From assembly GCA_002633005.1 (NCBI GenBank), contig NMRA01000115.1:580902-644901 (forward strand): a DNA stretch of 64,000 nucleotides, written 5' to 3'. The notes below the pieces were generated by a model. That model had not been told where the DNA came from. It did no database searches and saw only the letters and a program-made list of their open reading frames with translations. The stretch's first letter is position 1, and each line of letters begins with the position of its first letter. The translations under genes were made by a program, and so were the position numbers. Positions 51,101-62,394 of the stretch are shown piece after piece. The DNA is from Phoronis australis. Taxonomy: Eukaryota; Animalia; Phoronida.

Positions 51101-51444
51101 TTTGCTTGAAGAAATCTAAGTTTCTTTTTGGCATTGTTCTGCTTGCTACATGCTGAGTCATCAGAAGTGTTTATGAGGTTCTGGCTCAGTTCCTGTTCAC
51201 CAGACGGTGTACCTGTCAACCCTTTATTACTCTTCGTCACTTCATCTATTGTCCTTTTACTGCCAGTTGTAATGCTTTTGACACCAGTTTGAGTACCACT
51301 TATTGAGAAATGTACCAATCTGGGTTCAAAGTTTGGATTGCTTATCTCCTGCATAGCGGTGACCGATGGCATTTCTTCCGACTTTTTGTGTGAGTCACGT
51401 ATGAGATCACTGTACCAATGCCCATCCTTTTCTGCTCTGTCCTT
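48199..51444 (-). CDS. C2H2 zinc-finger protein B (about 15 fingers, long Ser/Pro/Lys-rich N-terminal region), large terminal exon
   Basis: 1057-aa ORF with repeated C-x2-C-x12-H-x3-H units and an HTGEKPY linker. The frame stays open upstream of ATG 51372 to the acceptor TTCTCGTTTTAG|AAG at 51444 (phase 0). Confidence 0.93.
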   Translation of the reverse strand, partial: KDRAEKDGHWYSDLIRDSHKKSEEMPSVTAMQEISNPNFEPRLVHFSISGTQTGVKSITTGSKRTIDEVTKSNKGLTGTPSGEQELSQNLINTSDDSACSKQNNAKKKLRFLQAKESPSGPQSVLAKHAPVMPAKVPSSPPPKRRKSVNPLVKEKPFGQSKFVSILSAPPSASLKKTSARILPVTNSSLGLVSAQPVPVSIALASSPSFTSPERTPSKDLLEEKEVSSNQRSVPSIKKPISSVRLEKIVSPSNLSEKQKPVSVILKSAPSSTQNLQVQLHAPTHVTPQRSASAATPSFAKVSGTFPKGPQSKLSTDSKPTQLLVMRVPNEVLATRKLRETIVVSQSSSVHSSKTSAVDRQLGQLLSIQPTHITKKQSSLHQTTSDKKGQKNHESPVRKFRKIQPRPSITSPLAQQHSASACSDASLVQASQEKLNTAINQRNTIVQPNTGVPEAEVLREPPSHSVSSPSPAMSSEPDCSGTTREVSTPADLRQEESTGTRYQCPFLDCTETFDSHEEKIKHAESHRRLKHPREKLSRKRFFCSQCPKAFDLIGSLRIHERTHMPFKFSCSECPKKFRFDYQLNVHMVLHQGDLRCKQCGQTFENVGLLWQHVLHRHEQRRRFPCKICGRGFPCRQSLANHQSVHTGEKPYCCDQCGLRFTRKRNFEIHYRLHTGNLPHQCDTCGRRFQTKYYLNLHGLQHKPRDQWPFQCTVCGRRFVRSGHLAKHMKIQRRCTPGSYEKRNDRTEMREPESSASHSEQNLQGSQVEPVKEWSFECVCGRRFANESDGKRHMLHCEPQSPTKQFESADGRQLFCMRCSETFTDSRARYEHLKGHRDAGLTITKREWGKFKYTCKFCKERFTSQNGQCNHLFSTHRDEWLKHKPACRLCTKSTDSTTTPPPRRRLKRKKPVETEGTSILNGLFQCKLCKVYYSTIADLSDHVKRAHWTNKTKRNRPVVCQICGMMVRGTYYMLKYHMLSHTDDRPFLCSTCGKAFSRQSYLKDHQHVHLKKQSCVCEFCGNDFEDASSMERHKNTVHYNEQKTAISNLAELNRNLEGVSFEVTINSDGICADVLTQTLRELK

Positions 51445-51947
51445 CTAAAACGAGAACAAATTACCAGCTTGAGGATGAAGTACATATTTGCAAAGGAGAC
51501 TTTAAGAGGCTATAAATCCGCCTTCCATCACAAACCATTAGGTAATGGGTCTGAAACTGGTCCTCAATCAAACTAGGTGTGTTTTGTGGGCTTGGAAAGG
51601 GCAGTTCGTAATCAGTTGAGACTAGGCTCTTCAAGTTGACTCATTTTATTCATTGAGCATCGTCTCTAGCAGTAATGAATTGTCACTTCTTTTCAAGATC
51701 CAAGTTTCCAATCATAATGAACAAGTTGAAAGCAATTTTACATTGGCAGCAGTTTAAATAAAATGATAGCTTCTTCGATGGAATGTGGCTTTAATGCTAC
51801 TTAAAGGTAATGTGTAATATCTACAAAGCCATAGATCTTAAGTCCGTGAAAGTATAGAAGTGTAGAATTTGATTTTTGACTTTTTATCAATCTGCCATTA
51901 ATTGGGTCACATGACATTGTTTTTATATTAAAATTTAATAGTATTAA

Positions 51948-53109
51948 ACGCGAAGGCAACCCTTTTTCATGTCATTTTTAGCAAAAATAGGGTTCGTTGA
52001 TTATCCCAGACATATTTTTCAGTTATTCACAGCTTTTCATAATTTAATTAATTACTCATCGTCTACTCCGGAAGTGACGTTTTGGGAGGCAAGAATTTCA
52101 CGCCAATTTCTTTTCATACAGTCTGACTGTGAGAGCAGTCGAGTCAGTCATTGTTCTACTTCGATTGTGATAAGTTCGGTCGTCGTTTGCATTTGTTTAC
52201 GAGTCAGGCAACATGCCACGCTGTTGCTGCTTACCGAGATGTACTCATTATCGTCTAACGTACAGAGGAAGAACTGTCCCACTTGCCCGAGTGTCCCGCG
52301 ACACACTCCCAGAGGATGGTGACTTGAGCACCCAAACTGCTTACATCACGCCGTGCGACTCCCTCGTCACACACGTGGCACCTTCTAAATAGCTCCAATA
52401 CAAGTCCACAATAAACTTATCAAACTTAGGCTCACCGATCTGTTCATTGGATGACGAACTGTCCTTTTCACTGGGTATCGAACTGGGCCTGTATTCACTC
52501 CCACTACTCAATATCGCGCAGGGCTGCTTACAGGCTCTGGGCTAGAGACAACAGCACAGGGCGAATCACTGCTAGTTCCCGGAATTGCACGCTATGGGGT
52601 ACGTTCGGAGGCATGGGTGACAGTAGATGAAGTGCCTCCAGTCACTGTTTATAGTGGCCACCACGGCTGAAAATATTTGCCACTGCTTTGTACGTTGCGT
52701 GGATGGGTAGCGCTGCGTTCTTCACACGAACAAGCTAGCCAAGTACGGCGATTTGTGTCATCCTTCGGAAAGCGATTCAAGGTACCCAAAGCGCGTGTGA
52801 GACGATAATTAGTACATCCTGGTACGCACGAACAGCGTGGCATGTTGACTGACTCGTAAACAAAAACAAATGACGATCGAACTCATCACATCCGAGGTAG
52901 AACAATGACTGACTTGACAGCTCTCACAGTCTGACTCTATGAAAAGAAAATGGCGCAAAATACTTGCCTCCCAAAACGTCACCTCCGCAGTACAGGACGA
53001 GAAATTAACTAAATTACGAAAAGCTGTAATTAAGAGAAAAATATGTCTGGGATAATCAACAGACCTTATTTTTGCTAAAAAAACATGAAAAAAATGGCTG
53101 TCTTTGCCT
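51948..53109. mobile_element. Kolobok-like non-autonomous element with TTAA target and ~310-bp inverted arms, each carrying a THAP gene start
   Basis: TTAA at 51944-51947 and 53110-53113. Arms 51948-52260 and 52800-53109 are inverted copies. The minus arm reads MPRCSCVPGCTNY...RFPKDDTNRRTW; the plus arm reads MPRCCCLPRCTHYRLT. Confidence 0.75.
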
Positions 53110-53623
53110 TTAAGATACATCAATAGCAAAACCATGTAACAGGTGTCAACCACAGGACCAGTTTCTTCAATATTTCTGTTTAAGATGAAATATCAAAAAG
53201 CACTGTTACAATTTTAATTTTGTTTTACACCTACTTTTGAGTCTTCAAGAAAGTCCTATAAATCCCACTTTCGAATAGTCCCTTATACAAAAGTGCACAA
53301 AGCATAGCATCAGACCTTCACGCATCTCTAATATATGAGGTTACCAAGTTGCACAAATTTGGTCATTTTTCTAAGGTTTTACATAACCATAAATTCAACA
53401 AATGAGACTTCAGTAATAAGGTAAGTCAAGGGCATAGCAGAACAATTCCAGCAATGTACAGGGTCCTTTATTTGCTACGTAACCAAATTTCAATTACCAT
53501 TTATGCTTACTAATGTGTAAAAATGTAAACAATCCCAATACCGGTATTTTGTTTTTAAACAAAAAAATTCATATGTAGGATGTGGTCTTGGACACTAACA
53601 AACTGTCATTTCTTCGCAAGATC

Positions 53624-55625
53624 AACAAGAGCAACGCAGAGCGTTGAAATGCGCCCACAATTGCACCGCATACGGTATCCTTCTAGGGTTGTTTACTGGT
53701 ACCATACAGTGGCCAGTAGAGGGCATATATGTAGTATGTTGTACTTTGCAAAATGGAAAGGCATGATCCTTGTCTCCTCAATAGGCTAGGGGCAAAATGT
53801 GAGTAATCTTCATAATACAAGCACATCCTATACACCAATTGCTTAAAGCACCACAGAAACATAGAATTAAAAACAAATTTACCAACATACGAGATTAGCA
53901 CAGCATTAGAAAGCCAGAAACAAATTTCTACTTGGAACTTTTCCTTCATAGTCACAAAGTAACACAAAGTACACACCTGAAGAAAATACAGAGGTCAATG
54001 TAAAATACTAAAATTGCCACTGGAGGCAAATACTAAAATTGCCACTAGAGGAATACCGGTAGTCAGAATCATCCTAAAGTTGTCATCGTCCGTTGTCAAC
54101 ATCACATAAATACACTTGCTAAATTTAGTAAAGATCCTGCAAACGGTTTGGGAGATACAGCCATGGGCGCAAAAAAAAAAAAACTACCACTAGGAGGCGC
54201 CACAGTAGTCCAAATCATCTGAAAATCATTGTCAGCTGTCTTCCTTATAGTAAGCACATACACGCCAATTTTCACAATCATCCTTTGAGCGGTTTGGTTG
54301 ATAGAGGGGTGGACGCAAAAATACAGACTCGAAAACAGTAAAAATGGCCACTAGGTGGCGCAAACTACGTCGAATCCATCTGAAAACAGTAGGATAGCGT
54401 CATCTCACTAATAGGTGCCTACATACCAAATTTCATGAAAATCCGTTCAATACTTTTGAAGATACAAAGGTAAGCGTAAAAAACTAAAATTGCCACTAGG
54501 GGGCACACCGGTAGTCGGATCCGACCAAAAGTCGTCATCTTCCGTTGTTAACATCATATAAATATACTTACACAATTTGTAAAGATCCTGCGAACGGTTT
54601 AGGAGATACAGCCATAGGCGCAAAAAAACAAAACTGCCACTAGGAGGCGCCACAGTAGTCGAAATCGTCGGAAAATCATCGTCAACCATCCTCTACATAG
54701 TAAGCATATACATGCCAATTTTCACAATCATCCTTTGAGCGGTTTGGTTGATAGAGGGGTGGACGCACAAAAACAGACTCGAAAACACTAAAAATGGCCA
54801 CTAGGTGGCGCAAACTATGTCGAATCCATCTGAAAACGGGAGGATAGCGTCATCTCACTAATAGGTGCCTACATACCAAATTTCATGAAAATCCAATAAG
54901 GACTTGTGAAGATACAAAGGTAAGCGTAAAAAAATTAAAATTGCCACTAGGGGGCACACCGGTAGTCGGATCCGTCCAAAAGTCGTCATCTTCCGTTGTT
55001 AACATCATATAAATATACTTACACAATTTCGTAAAGATCCTGCGAACGGTTTAGGAGATACAGCCATAGGCGCAAAAAAAAAAAAACTGCCACTAGGAGG
55101 CGCCACAGTAGTCGAAATCGTCGGAAAATCATCGTCAACCGTCCTCTACATAGTAAGCACATACATGCCAATTTTCACAATCATCCTTTGAGCGGTTTGG
55201 TTGATAGAGGGGTGGAAGCACAAAAACAGACTCGAAAACAGTAAAAATGGCCACTAGGTGGCGCAAACTATGTCGAATCCATCCGAAAACGGCAGGATAG
55301 CGTCATCTCACTACTAGGTGCCTACATACCAAATTTCATGAAAATCCGTTCAGGACTTTTGAAGATACAAAGGTAAGTGTAAAAAACTAAAATTGCCACT
55401 AGGGGGCACACCGGTAGTCGGATCTGTCCGAAAGTTCGCACATGCCGTCCCATTCATGAATGGAACATATGTGCCAAATTTCATGAACGTATGTCAAAGG
55501 CTTTTGGAGAAAGAGCAGCGGACGCCGGACGCCAGACGCCGGACGGACGCCACCCGGACGGACGGACGGACGGACAGAGATGACGGCATAATGCGTCCAC
55601 ATATAAATATGTGGGCGCATAAAAA
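53624..55625 (+). mobile_element. Helentron-derived non-autonomous element (HINE/pearl-like) with internal satellite
   Basis: AACAAGAG start with ATGCGCCCACA, mirrored by TGTGGGCGCAT at the far end. Also a (GGAC)n microsatellite at ~55520-55577, terminal hairpin ATGCGTCCACATAT-AA-ATATGTGGGCGCAT and an A-run end. Confidence 0.75.
54000..55500 (+). repeat. Higher-order tandem repeat: ~450-bp unit of three subunits (~161, ~145, ~145 bp), just over 3 copies
   Basis: CCACTAG anchors at about 54042, 54187, 54348, 54493, 54637, 54798, 54943, 55090, 55251 and 55396. Confidence 0.92.
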
Positions 55626-55990
55626 TCACTGCAACAAATTTATCCATAATCTACATTAAGTGTGGTTAGGGCCCATGAACAGGCTCCTTCATTTGCTATG
55701 TTTCAATTGTCATTCATGTCCACCAATGTGCCAAAATGCACACTACCCAAAAAGCAAGTGTACCTTCTGCTTTTTATCTTACTGTCAAGAAATTGGGATA
55801 ATGGCCCCAATTAATGAATGAATGAGTTCAGTAAGAAATCCTTGACAGTCAATTGGATAAATCAAAGCCCTATGCACTTTTGCATTATAGTGGTAGAGCA
55901 AGGTTTTAGAAGAAGTTTAATGACTCATAAAGAGGGGACCATTTTTTCTCCCTGCAACACACAGTAAGGACACCAACCCGTCTGGGAGGG

Positions 55991-56085
55991 TCTTTAATTG
56001 ATCAAACTTCCTTGGAAATTTTGATTTTATAGGTAATCTTTAATTGATCAAACTTCCTTGGAAATTTTGATTTGTAAGGCAATCT
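55991..56085. repeat. Tandem duplication, 2 x 46 bp
   Basis: TCTTTAATTGATCAAACTTCCTTGGAAATTTTGATTT occurs twice in tandem. Confidence 0.9.
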
Positions 56086-56259
56086 ATCATGGAATAAACC
56101 ATTGGATTTGCAGACGCTTTCTTCAGAAGCAATTAATTTAACCTTCAAATAAATGTAAATCACCATTCCTAACTCACTTTGTCTACTCAGTCAAAGAAGC
56201 AATTCGCCCTGTTTAGCTTGTGAAAAAGGGAAATCAAATCGGGCCACTTACTCTCATAA

Positions 56260-56741
56260 GGCCCTTTCATACTAACTTGAGTCTGGTCTGAGCAGAGCAT
56301 CGCCTACGGGAACTAAACCGTTCATACCGGCTTTGGTAGTGAGTAAACGGTAGGTGATGTTATTGTCATCGAAGTAATCACAAGGTAGCGCTGCACGCTA
56401 AGATTTTTTTAATGTGCCAATTTGGGAACATTTTCATGTGCTAATTGACATAAAACTCGTTTTTTATTCGATTGGTAATTCTTTGAGCAAAACATTAAAA
56501 ACTACTAGGGACAACACTTCCCTTTAATTGTCGACGATAACCATGGCACCTGGCAAGAAATTCGATTGGACCGAAGTTGAACGTTCACACTACACCGCAG
56601 CATCGAAGCTCCGCTGTTAATCCACCTGTTTACTGCGATGTTAACAAGCGCTGTTAACTTCGATCCAGGACCGAAGCTAACGGTTCATACAGACAGCAAA
56701 TCCCCAAAACTTTGACGCGTCGACGTTAGTATGAAAAGGCT
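56260..56741. mobile_element. Harbinger-like non-autonomous element with a Myb/SANT-like ORF start
   Basis: TIRs GGCCCTTTCATACTAAC / GTTAGTATGAAAAGGCT with TAA on the left. An internal ATG at 56543 reads MAPGKKFDWTEVE. Confidence 0.6.
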
Positions 56742-57639
56742 TATAAAATTGGTCGCATAATATACCTACAAGTGCACCAAAACCGTCGTCAACTAAAAAA
56801 TGTTTCAAAATTCAATGGGGTTGGCAAACTTGTGAATTCGAAAATGGCGCATGCTAGCATTGCCTGTGAGTTGAGTTGGTAACAAAAACAGAATCAGGTT
56901 AAGTAATTCACTTACTCAGAGATCGCGTGCTTGCTGTTTCGGACATTTCAAACTGCACTCTAGTCCTTTCTCAATAAATGATGGGGTTTTCAGTGTTTCC
57001 TGTCGTTCTGTGACCCAGAAGTAGTAAAGTGTCATCAATGTATATAGGAGGACGTTGAAGTCCCTCGTCTCGATTCATGGTAGCTAGACTCGCGCTAGAC
57101 TTTTAACATTATTAGCCAAACCATCTGAAATCATTTAGCTATTTTCAAAAATTATCAGCCAAATACTTTCTCTTTTCCCAATCCCGGCAACTGACAAAAA
57201 CACAGTTACACGGACGAAACTTCTAATTTTTTATGTTATGTACAGGTCCTTTTCATAAAGGTACTACAAAAAAGACGTTTGCCTAAACAAAAAAAGCAAA
57301 TTATCAACATTCCAAGGTCATAAAGCAACCTAATAAGTTGCAGGGAATGTCAGTTTGGGCAGGGTCCCCCTATACCGGAGTTACAGCGAGTGTACGCCGG
57401 CCACAATGCTTGTTATTTTTAGGACTCCGAATCGAAGTAGGAATGTTGCTTGCGGCGCGACTTCATTCGAGCTGACAGTGAGTCAATATGCGAGTAGGTT
57501 TCCCGAAATTAATTCTTATAGTCGAGTTGCGAAATCATTCGCCAAGTGGGCCAATGGACTTAGCTATAACATCGCCAGTGCCGCTCAGAATTCCCCAATG
57601 GCGAGCTGACGAGCAGCTACTGCGAGCCTAGGGTAGGCT

Positions 57640-58760
57640 TAATGGTTTTTATAAGTATGGCCTCTTTAACCTTTCTGGAGTACCAGTTCTTCTTTAGCCA
57701 GAACCTCAGCGTGATCACTGCCATACAGTGCATCAAAAGGCACCTAGGTGTTCACCTACTCCTGGTTGAGAATGTCTTGATGATGGACAAGGCTTTGCCT
57801 ATAGAGACGCTGGTAAACAAGGCACCAACGTTGTAAGATGCAGGTTTGTTACCTGGGGTATTTCCAGTCCACTTAAAAAGTTCAAAAATTCCTGACTGTT
57901 GAGAACACTGTGATCAGTCTTGACATGGAGTAACAGATGTTTCTTGATCCAATCAGATATTTGGCAGCTCTGCAGGTAATGCCGCCATACCAAGAAACAA
58001 TGGGTTTAAGGGGAATGTCTTCTCTGTGGGATTCCCTACATCTTGGGTTTCCATGCCCCTAAGGATATTCACAAGCTCATTCAAGTACTTGCCTGCTGTT
58101 GTTCACATATGTTAGAGTTGCGAAGGATAACACCAAGTTTCTCGTTTAGCTGAGTTTTATTCATGACAAATCAACACCTTCATCACGAGGGAGAGTCATG
58201 CCATCTTATCAGGGGTAGTGATGTTCAAGTTGGATGGCTCAGCACGAGTAATAAAGCAGGTGATGTCACTTGGAGTTGATTGGCCTTGTCCGCAAGTAAC
58301 CTGTCTCGTCGCATTCCCAGTGTTGCTGATAATTACATTGTCTGGATTTCACTCAGAGTTACAGTGACGTTCGGCCCCTTCTGCGGAACAGATAGTTGGT
58401 CCTTACTGACTTGGTGGTGCAACAGATTAACAGCCCATTTGTCTTCGATGTGATCCTGTTGTTCATCATTGCTAATCGCCAATCTAATCTCCTTTTTAAG
58501 CGCCATTTTTGAATTTCTGAAATTGTTGCTCTCTCATTGACAGGAAGGTTCGGTATGTTCATACACATTGTTTACAGATGATATCCCTTCCATCCAATGG
58601 GTGTCGCTAATTGTTGTTTGCAGGGACTCCATCACTGGGACACATTCGACTTCAAGGTAACCAATGGTGGACTGACATTATTTCATGCATACACCGAGTA
58701 GTTTGTTCTTGGCAGTAGGTAAGATATTTTTGAACCGAGTATTTTTGCTTTTGTATTGTA
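57640..58760 (-). mobile_element. Decayed, internally deleted Penelope-like retroelement
   Basis: Fragments KWAVNLLHHQVSKDQLSVPQKGPNVTVT (PLE N-terminal motif), HSVLNSQEFLNFLSGLEIP, ASYNVGALFTSVSIGKALSIIK (RT motif, cf. SFDVxSLFTxVP) and KVKEAILIK (end of GIY-YIG). Many stops and frameshifts. Confidence 0.7.
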
Positions 58761-58803
58761 GCTATACACTTGTCACAATGATTTTAGATTTGGCACAACC
58801 GAT

Positions 58804-59304
58804 CAGGGCTTGGAATGATCAATGACAAAAAACGCGGAAACTTTTACGGCCCAAATCATGCGTGCTACCCAGCCTTGAAATGGTCGATGTGAACCTTTCC
58901 CCGACAAAAAATCGGGAGGACTAAAAAAAAAACACCTTACCACCATCACTAGCATGTGTCTGCGTCCTTTTAGCTCGTCCTTCCACTCCCAACCCACACA
59001 TTTTTGCCTGCAGAGCCGTAGTATTTGTCGCCGCGGTTTACAATAACACGAGACGCCATTGAAAATCCCACCACGCTTACCCAGATGCCCCGGCAATGTT
59101 GACAATTTACGTTCCTCCGAAACATAAAGAGCAACTTCCGCTTTTCGAGGTGAATGTAATCTGCAACGTCGTGGTAAGAAAGGAATTTGCTGCGGAAATT
59201 TGATATCAAATCCGATTTTTTTACGCGGAAATATAATAAAATGCGCGGACAGAACATTTGAAAAAAGCGGAAATCCACGTTTCCGCAGAAAATTCCAAGC
59301 CCTG
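58804..59304. mobile_element. hAT-like deletion derivative with a 6-bp TSD
   Basis: Perfect 13-bp TIRs CAGGGCTTGGAAT / ATTCCAAGCCCTG; ACCGAT at 58798-58803 and 59305-59310. The minus strand retains GKNVW-WEWKDE, resembling a hAT transposase N-terminus. Confidence 0.8.
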
Positions 59305-59391
59305 ACCGATGTTGAACTACCAGGCTATACATCTATTTTTGGAGTGGTTGAAGGGGATCATGTATATGATCTCATAGGAAGATGGTAGACA

Positions 59392-59641
59392 ATTTTCCCC
59401 ATGGTCTCTGGTGGAGATAGGGTAAAGTAATTCACTCACTCAGAGACTGCATGCTTGCTGTTATGGACATTTCCAACTGCATTCTACAGTCCAGGTTCAA
59501 TGAACGATGGTAAACACTGACAACCCGCCCATCGTTGACAAAGGACTGTAGAGTAAACTACGAAATACCTGAAACAGCAAGCATGCAGTCTCTGAGCAAG
59601 TAAATTACTTTACACTACCTCCTCCAATGACTATGGAAAAT
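59392..59641. mobile_element. ~250-bp fold-back (palindromic) element
   Basis: GTAAAGTAATTCACTCACTCAGAGACTGCATGCTTGCTGTT ... AACAGCAAGCATGCAGTCTCTGAGCAAGTAAATTACTTTAC, with further inner and outer pairing. A half copy lies at ~56900-57000. Confidence 0.75.
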
Positions 59642-61704
59642 CAAAAACAGAATCCTATCACTTTTTGACCAGCTACGCAGGGCGAAATACAGCTTTAAAT
59701 TGACTCTTACACCAGAACATGATGGATTAACATTTTACTTCACAACTAAATTAAATCATCACATGGTCTAGGTTCCGATCAGACCTATCAGGCAGTTACA
59801 GTTTCTAACTTGTATTTATACGTGGGGTTCAAAGCGAGAGTTATATCGTAACCTTTAAACCTGTCATAACCCCTTTGGTGTGAACAGGGTATTACAAATG
59901 CAAAGTTACATTCAAATGGTCATAACAGCGTGAGAGTTATAAGCTTGCGGATAGAGTTAATCATCGAGGAATCAGTTTCTGAACTAGAATGTAGTATGGA
60001 CAGGAAATTCCATTCATAGCAAGGTATTATCTCATCATTTCAAACGTCATACACAGAACAAAATCAAAGATCAATTTCTCAGGAATTTCCTGTTGAACAC
60101 ATTATGAATGAAGAAATTATGCCCAATTACAAACAACAGGGGGCACACTTAGTGTTTAGAGTTAGCTTGTTTCATGGCTCGTTTGTTTCACAAATTAGGT
60201 TATTAAAAATCATCCTTATTACATAATGATTTGAAAACTGTCGTCAGTTTGTTACATGCTTAGATTACAAGTGACATTTGGGTCTTGAGAAGAACTGATA
60301 GTTTACATTTAAATGAGTCCTGAGTTGTATGGTCAGAGTTTTTTTTTTTTACCGTTTTTCTTTTCAAAAAACTCAACTTCAATTCAGCTTGTGGTAATCC
60401 AAAATGCCCTTGTCCAAAAATTGGACCCAATGGCAAATGTACCCTCACTGTATTTTCGAAAGGCACTACAAAATATTGCCCAGGCACCAAACAATGGAAG
60501 TACAAAAATCCCTTTTCTGCTCGAGTACATACTCTTAGCTACACTGGATCATTGGCAGGGTCATTACGGAACATGTATGTACTTTGTAATTGAATTCAGC
60601 ATCCTTTCACAAGCAATAAGTCACAAGGTATTGAACGGACACGTCATGTTGTGCACAGTAACTACTTGACAAAAATGACTGAACAAGGGAGTATATATTA
60701 AGTGACAATGAAAGCAACAACTCCTTAAACAACACTCATGTCACCGCTCACTATGCAGAGGACAGCCTTGGAAATAAAGTACGATGGACGGAAACATTGA
60801 GAACCATACAGAATTTTCAAATTTCAGGTATCAAATAATAACAATTTTCCATCCTTTTTGGTTGATACATCCAAATTTTCCAATTTCCTCAAGTCGTGTG
60901 CTAGAAAGTTGGCAGCGAAAGAAAAAAAATGATCTTGAGCCTACACAGTAGCAGGCTAGCTTTAGGTTTGACCTACTAGTAACGTGGAATTTGGTCTTAA
61001 TTTTGATCTAAGTAAGAAGTTACATGAAACGGGCAGAGAGAGATTTGGTCTCAAGTTAGCCCAATTTTGATATAAGTTAAGACCAAAAAAGTTTCATGAA
61101 AGGTCCCCTATACTATTGGGGACACAACATTTAGGTTTAAACTTAAACTCAGTGACTTCTGCGATCTAAAGGATCAACTTACATAGGAGAGGAAATCGGT
61201 CAGAATACTTTGCAGGTTATTCTTTAACGCGTGATTCAAGAACATCGATCCATTGAATGTGACTGTGGACACACCCTTCTGACTGTATGTGTTTGCAGCG
61301 TGTGGATCCTAAATGGAACAAGAGAGACATAAGGCAACATATTTCAGAAATACTCGACTATTTCAAAAGAAAATTCCTATACATCACACTAATTTCCAGC
61401 TGAGCTCGTAATAATGAACTTGACTTGTCCAATGGTTTTCCGAATGAAAACCAGCAACAAAATACCCAGAACTGTAGGAATGACAAATACACCAAAAAGC
61501 TTCCTAGCATGTGGGCCTATGGTATACTGATGGTCCACAATTCTTTTGTCAGTGTATCACCCATTTGATGACCATGCCAACAGAAAGAATTGCAGAGATC
61601 ACCTGAACTAGCAATCAAGCCAGAGTCTTCGATAAAACCACCAAGCTTGCTAAACATTCACCAGATAGTATAGCAATTGCCTGCGTCTGCGAGTAGCTCA
61701 AGAA

Positions 61705-62394
61705 GGATTGTTCTAAAACCACCCTTGACCCCTTTGACCCATGACCCCTTGACCCACGACCCCCCTCGACTAGCGGCACACAACCTCTTCGACCCACGGC
61801 ACACAACCTTTTCAACCCAGTCTCCACAAGCTCGACTAGATCTGAACATAGAACGAGTGCTGACTTGCAGAACCAATGAGTCAGGCCGTGAGGTGGCTTT
61901 TTTCTGTTTTTTTGCAATTATGATAGTTGCTTCGCCGAGTTTGAAAGCCAAAAGCAGAAAAAAACGCGGCATCTCAATGTTACATGGAATAGACTGTAAA
62001 CGAGTAAACAACAGAAAGCAAATAATAAAAATGAGAAAGTATGTCCATTCACGTTAACGTACCCTCTCCCTAAGTTTAGTACAATATAAGCAACACGTAG
62101 CCCCTCGGTTGGCCTGCGGCATCCAGGGTGATGTAATTGCCTAAGTAGAACAGGGTCATTGGTTTGTTTTAACTGCCAGTAGCAGAGCAGATTCACTGTA
62201 GTGTAGGTAAGTGTTACGAGGAAAGTCATTCAGCGACGTAATATATGAAATGCGTAAAAAGCGCAATGACATCTATTGCCACTGTTCGTGGGTGGACCGT
62301 GTTGTGGGTCATGGGGTTTGTAGGTCGTGGGGGTTGTGGGTCGAGGGGATGATCGTGGGTCGAGGCGGGTTTACTTTCAGTTTTAGAACAATCG
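61705..62394. mobile_element. Unclassified TIR element with mirrored GACCC(A/C) subterminal repeats and an imperfect 8-bp TSD
   Basis: GGATTGTTCTAAAAC ... GTTTTAGAACAATCG; flanks CTCAAGAA / ATCAAGAC (6 of 8 match). Confidence 0.7.

Noticed and set aside
51969-53153. Two similar ORFs (51969-52322 + and 52809-53153 -) suggesting a duplicated gene
   Set aside because: They are translations of the inverted arms of a transposon; the meaningful frame is the THAP start.
54000-55500. CRISPR-like periodicity of the CCACTAG motif
   Set aside because: The intervening sequences are themselves repeated, the context is eukaryotic, and there are no cas genes.
56910-57078. Candidate exon with ATG and GTAAGT donor on the minus strand
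   Set aside because: All frames are stopped and the segment is a half copy of the fold-back repeat at 59392-59641.
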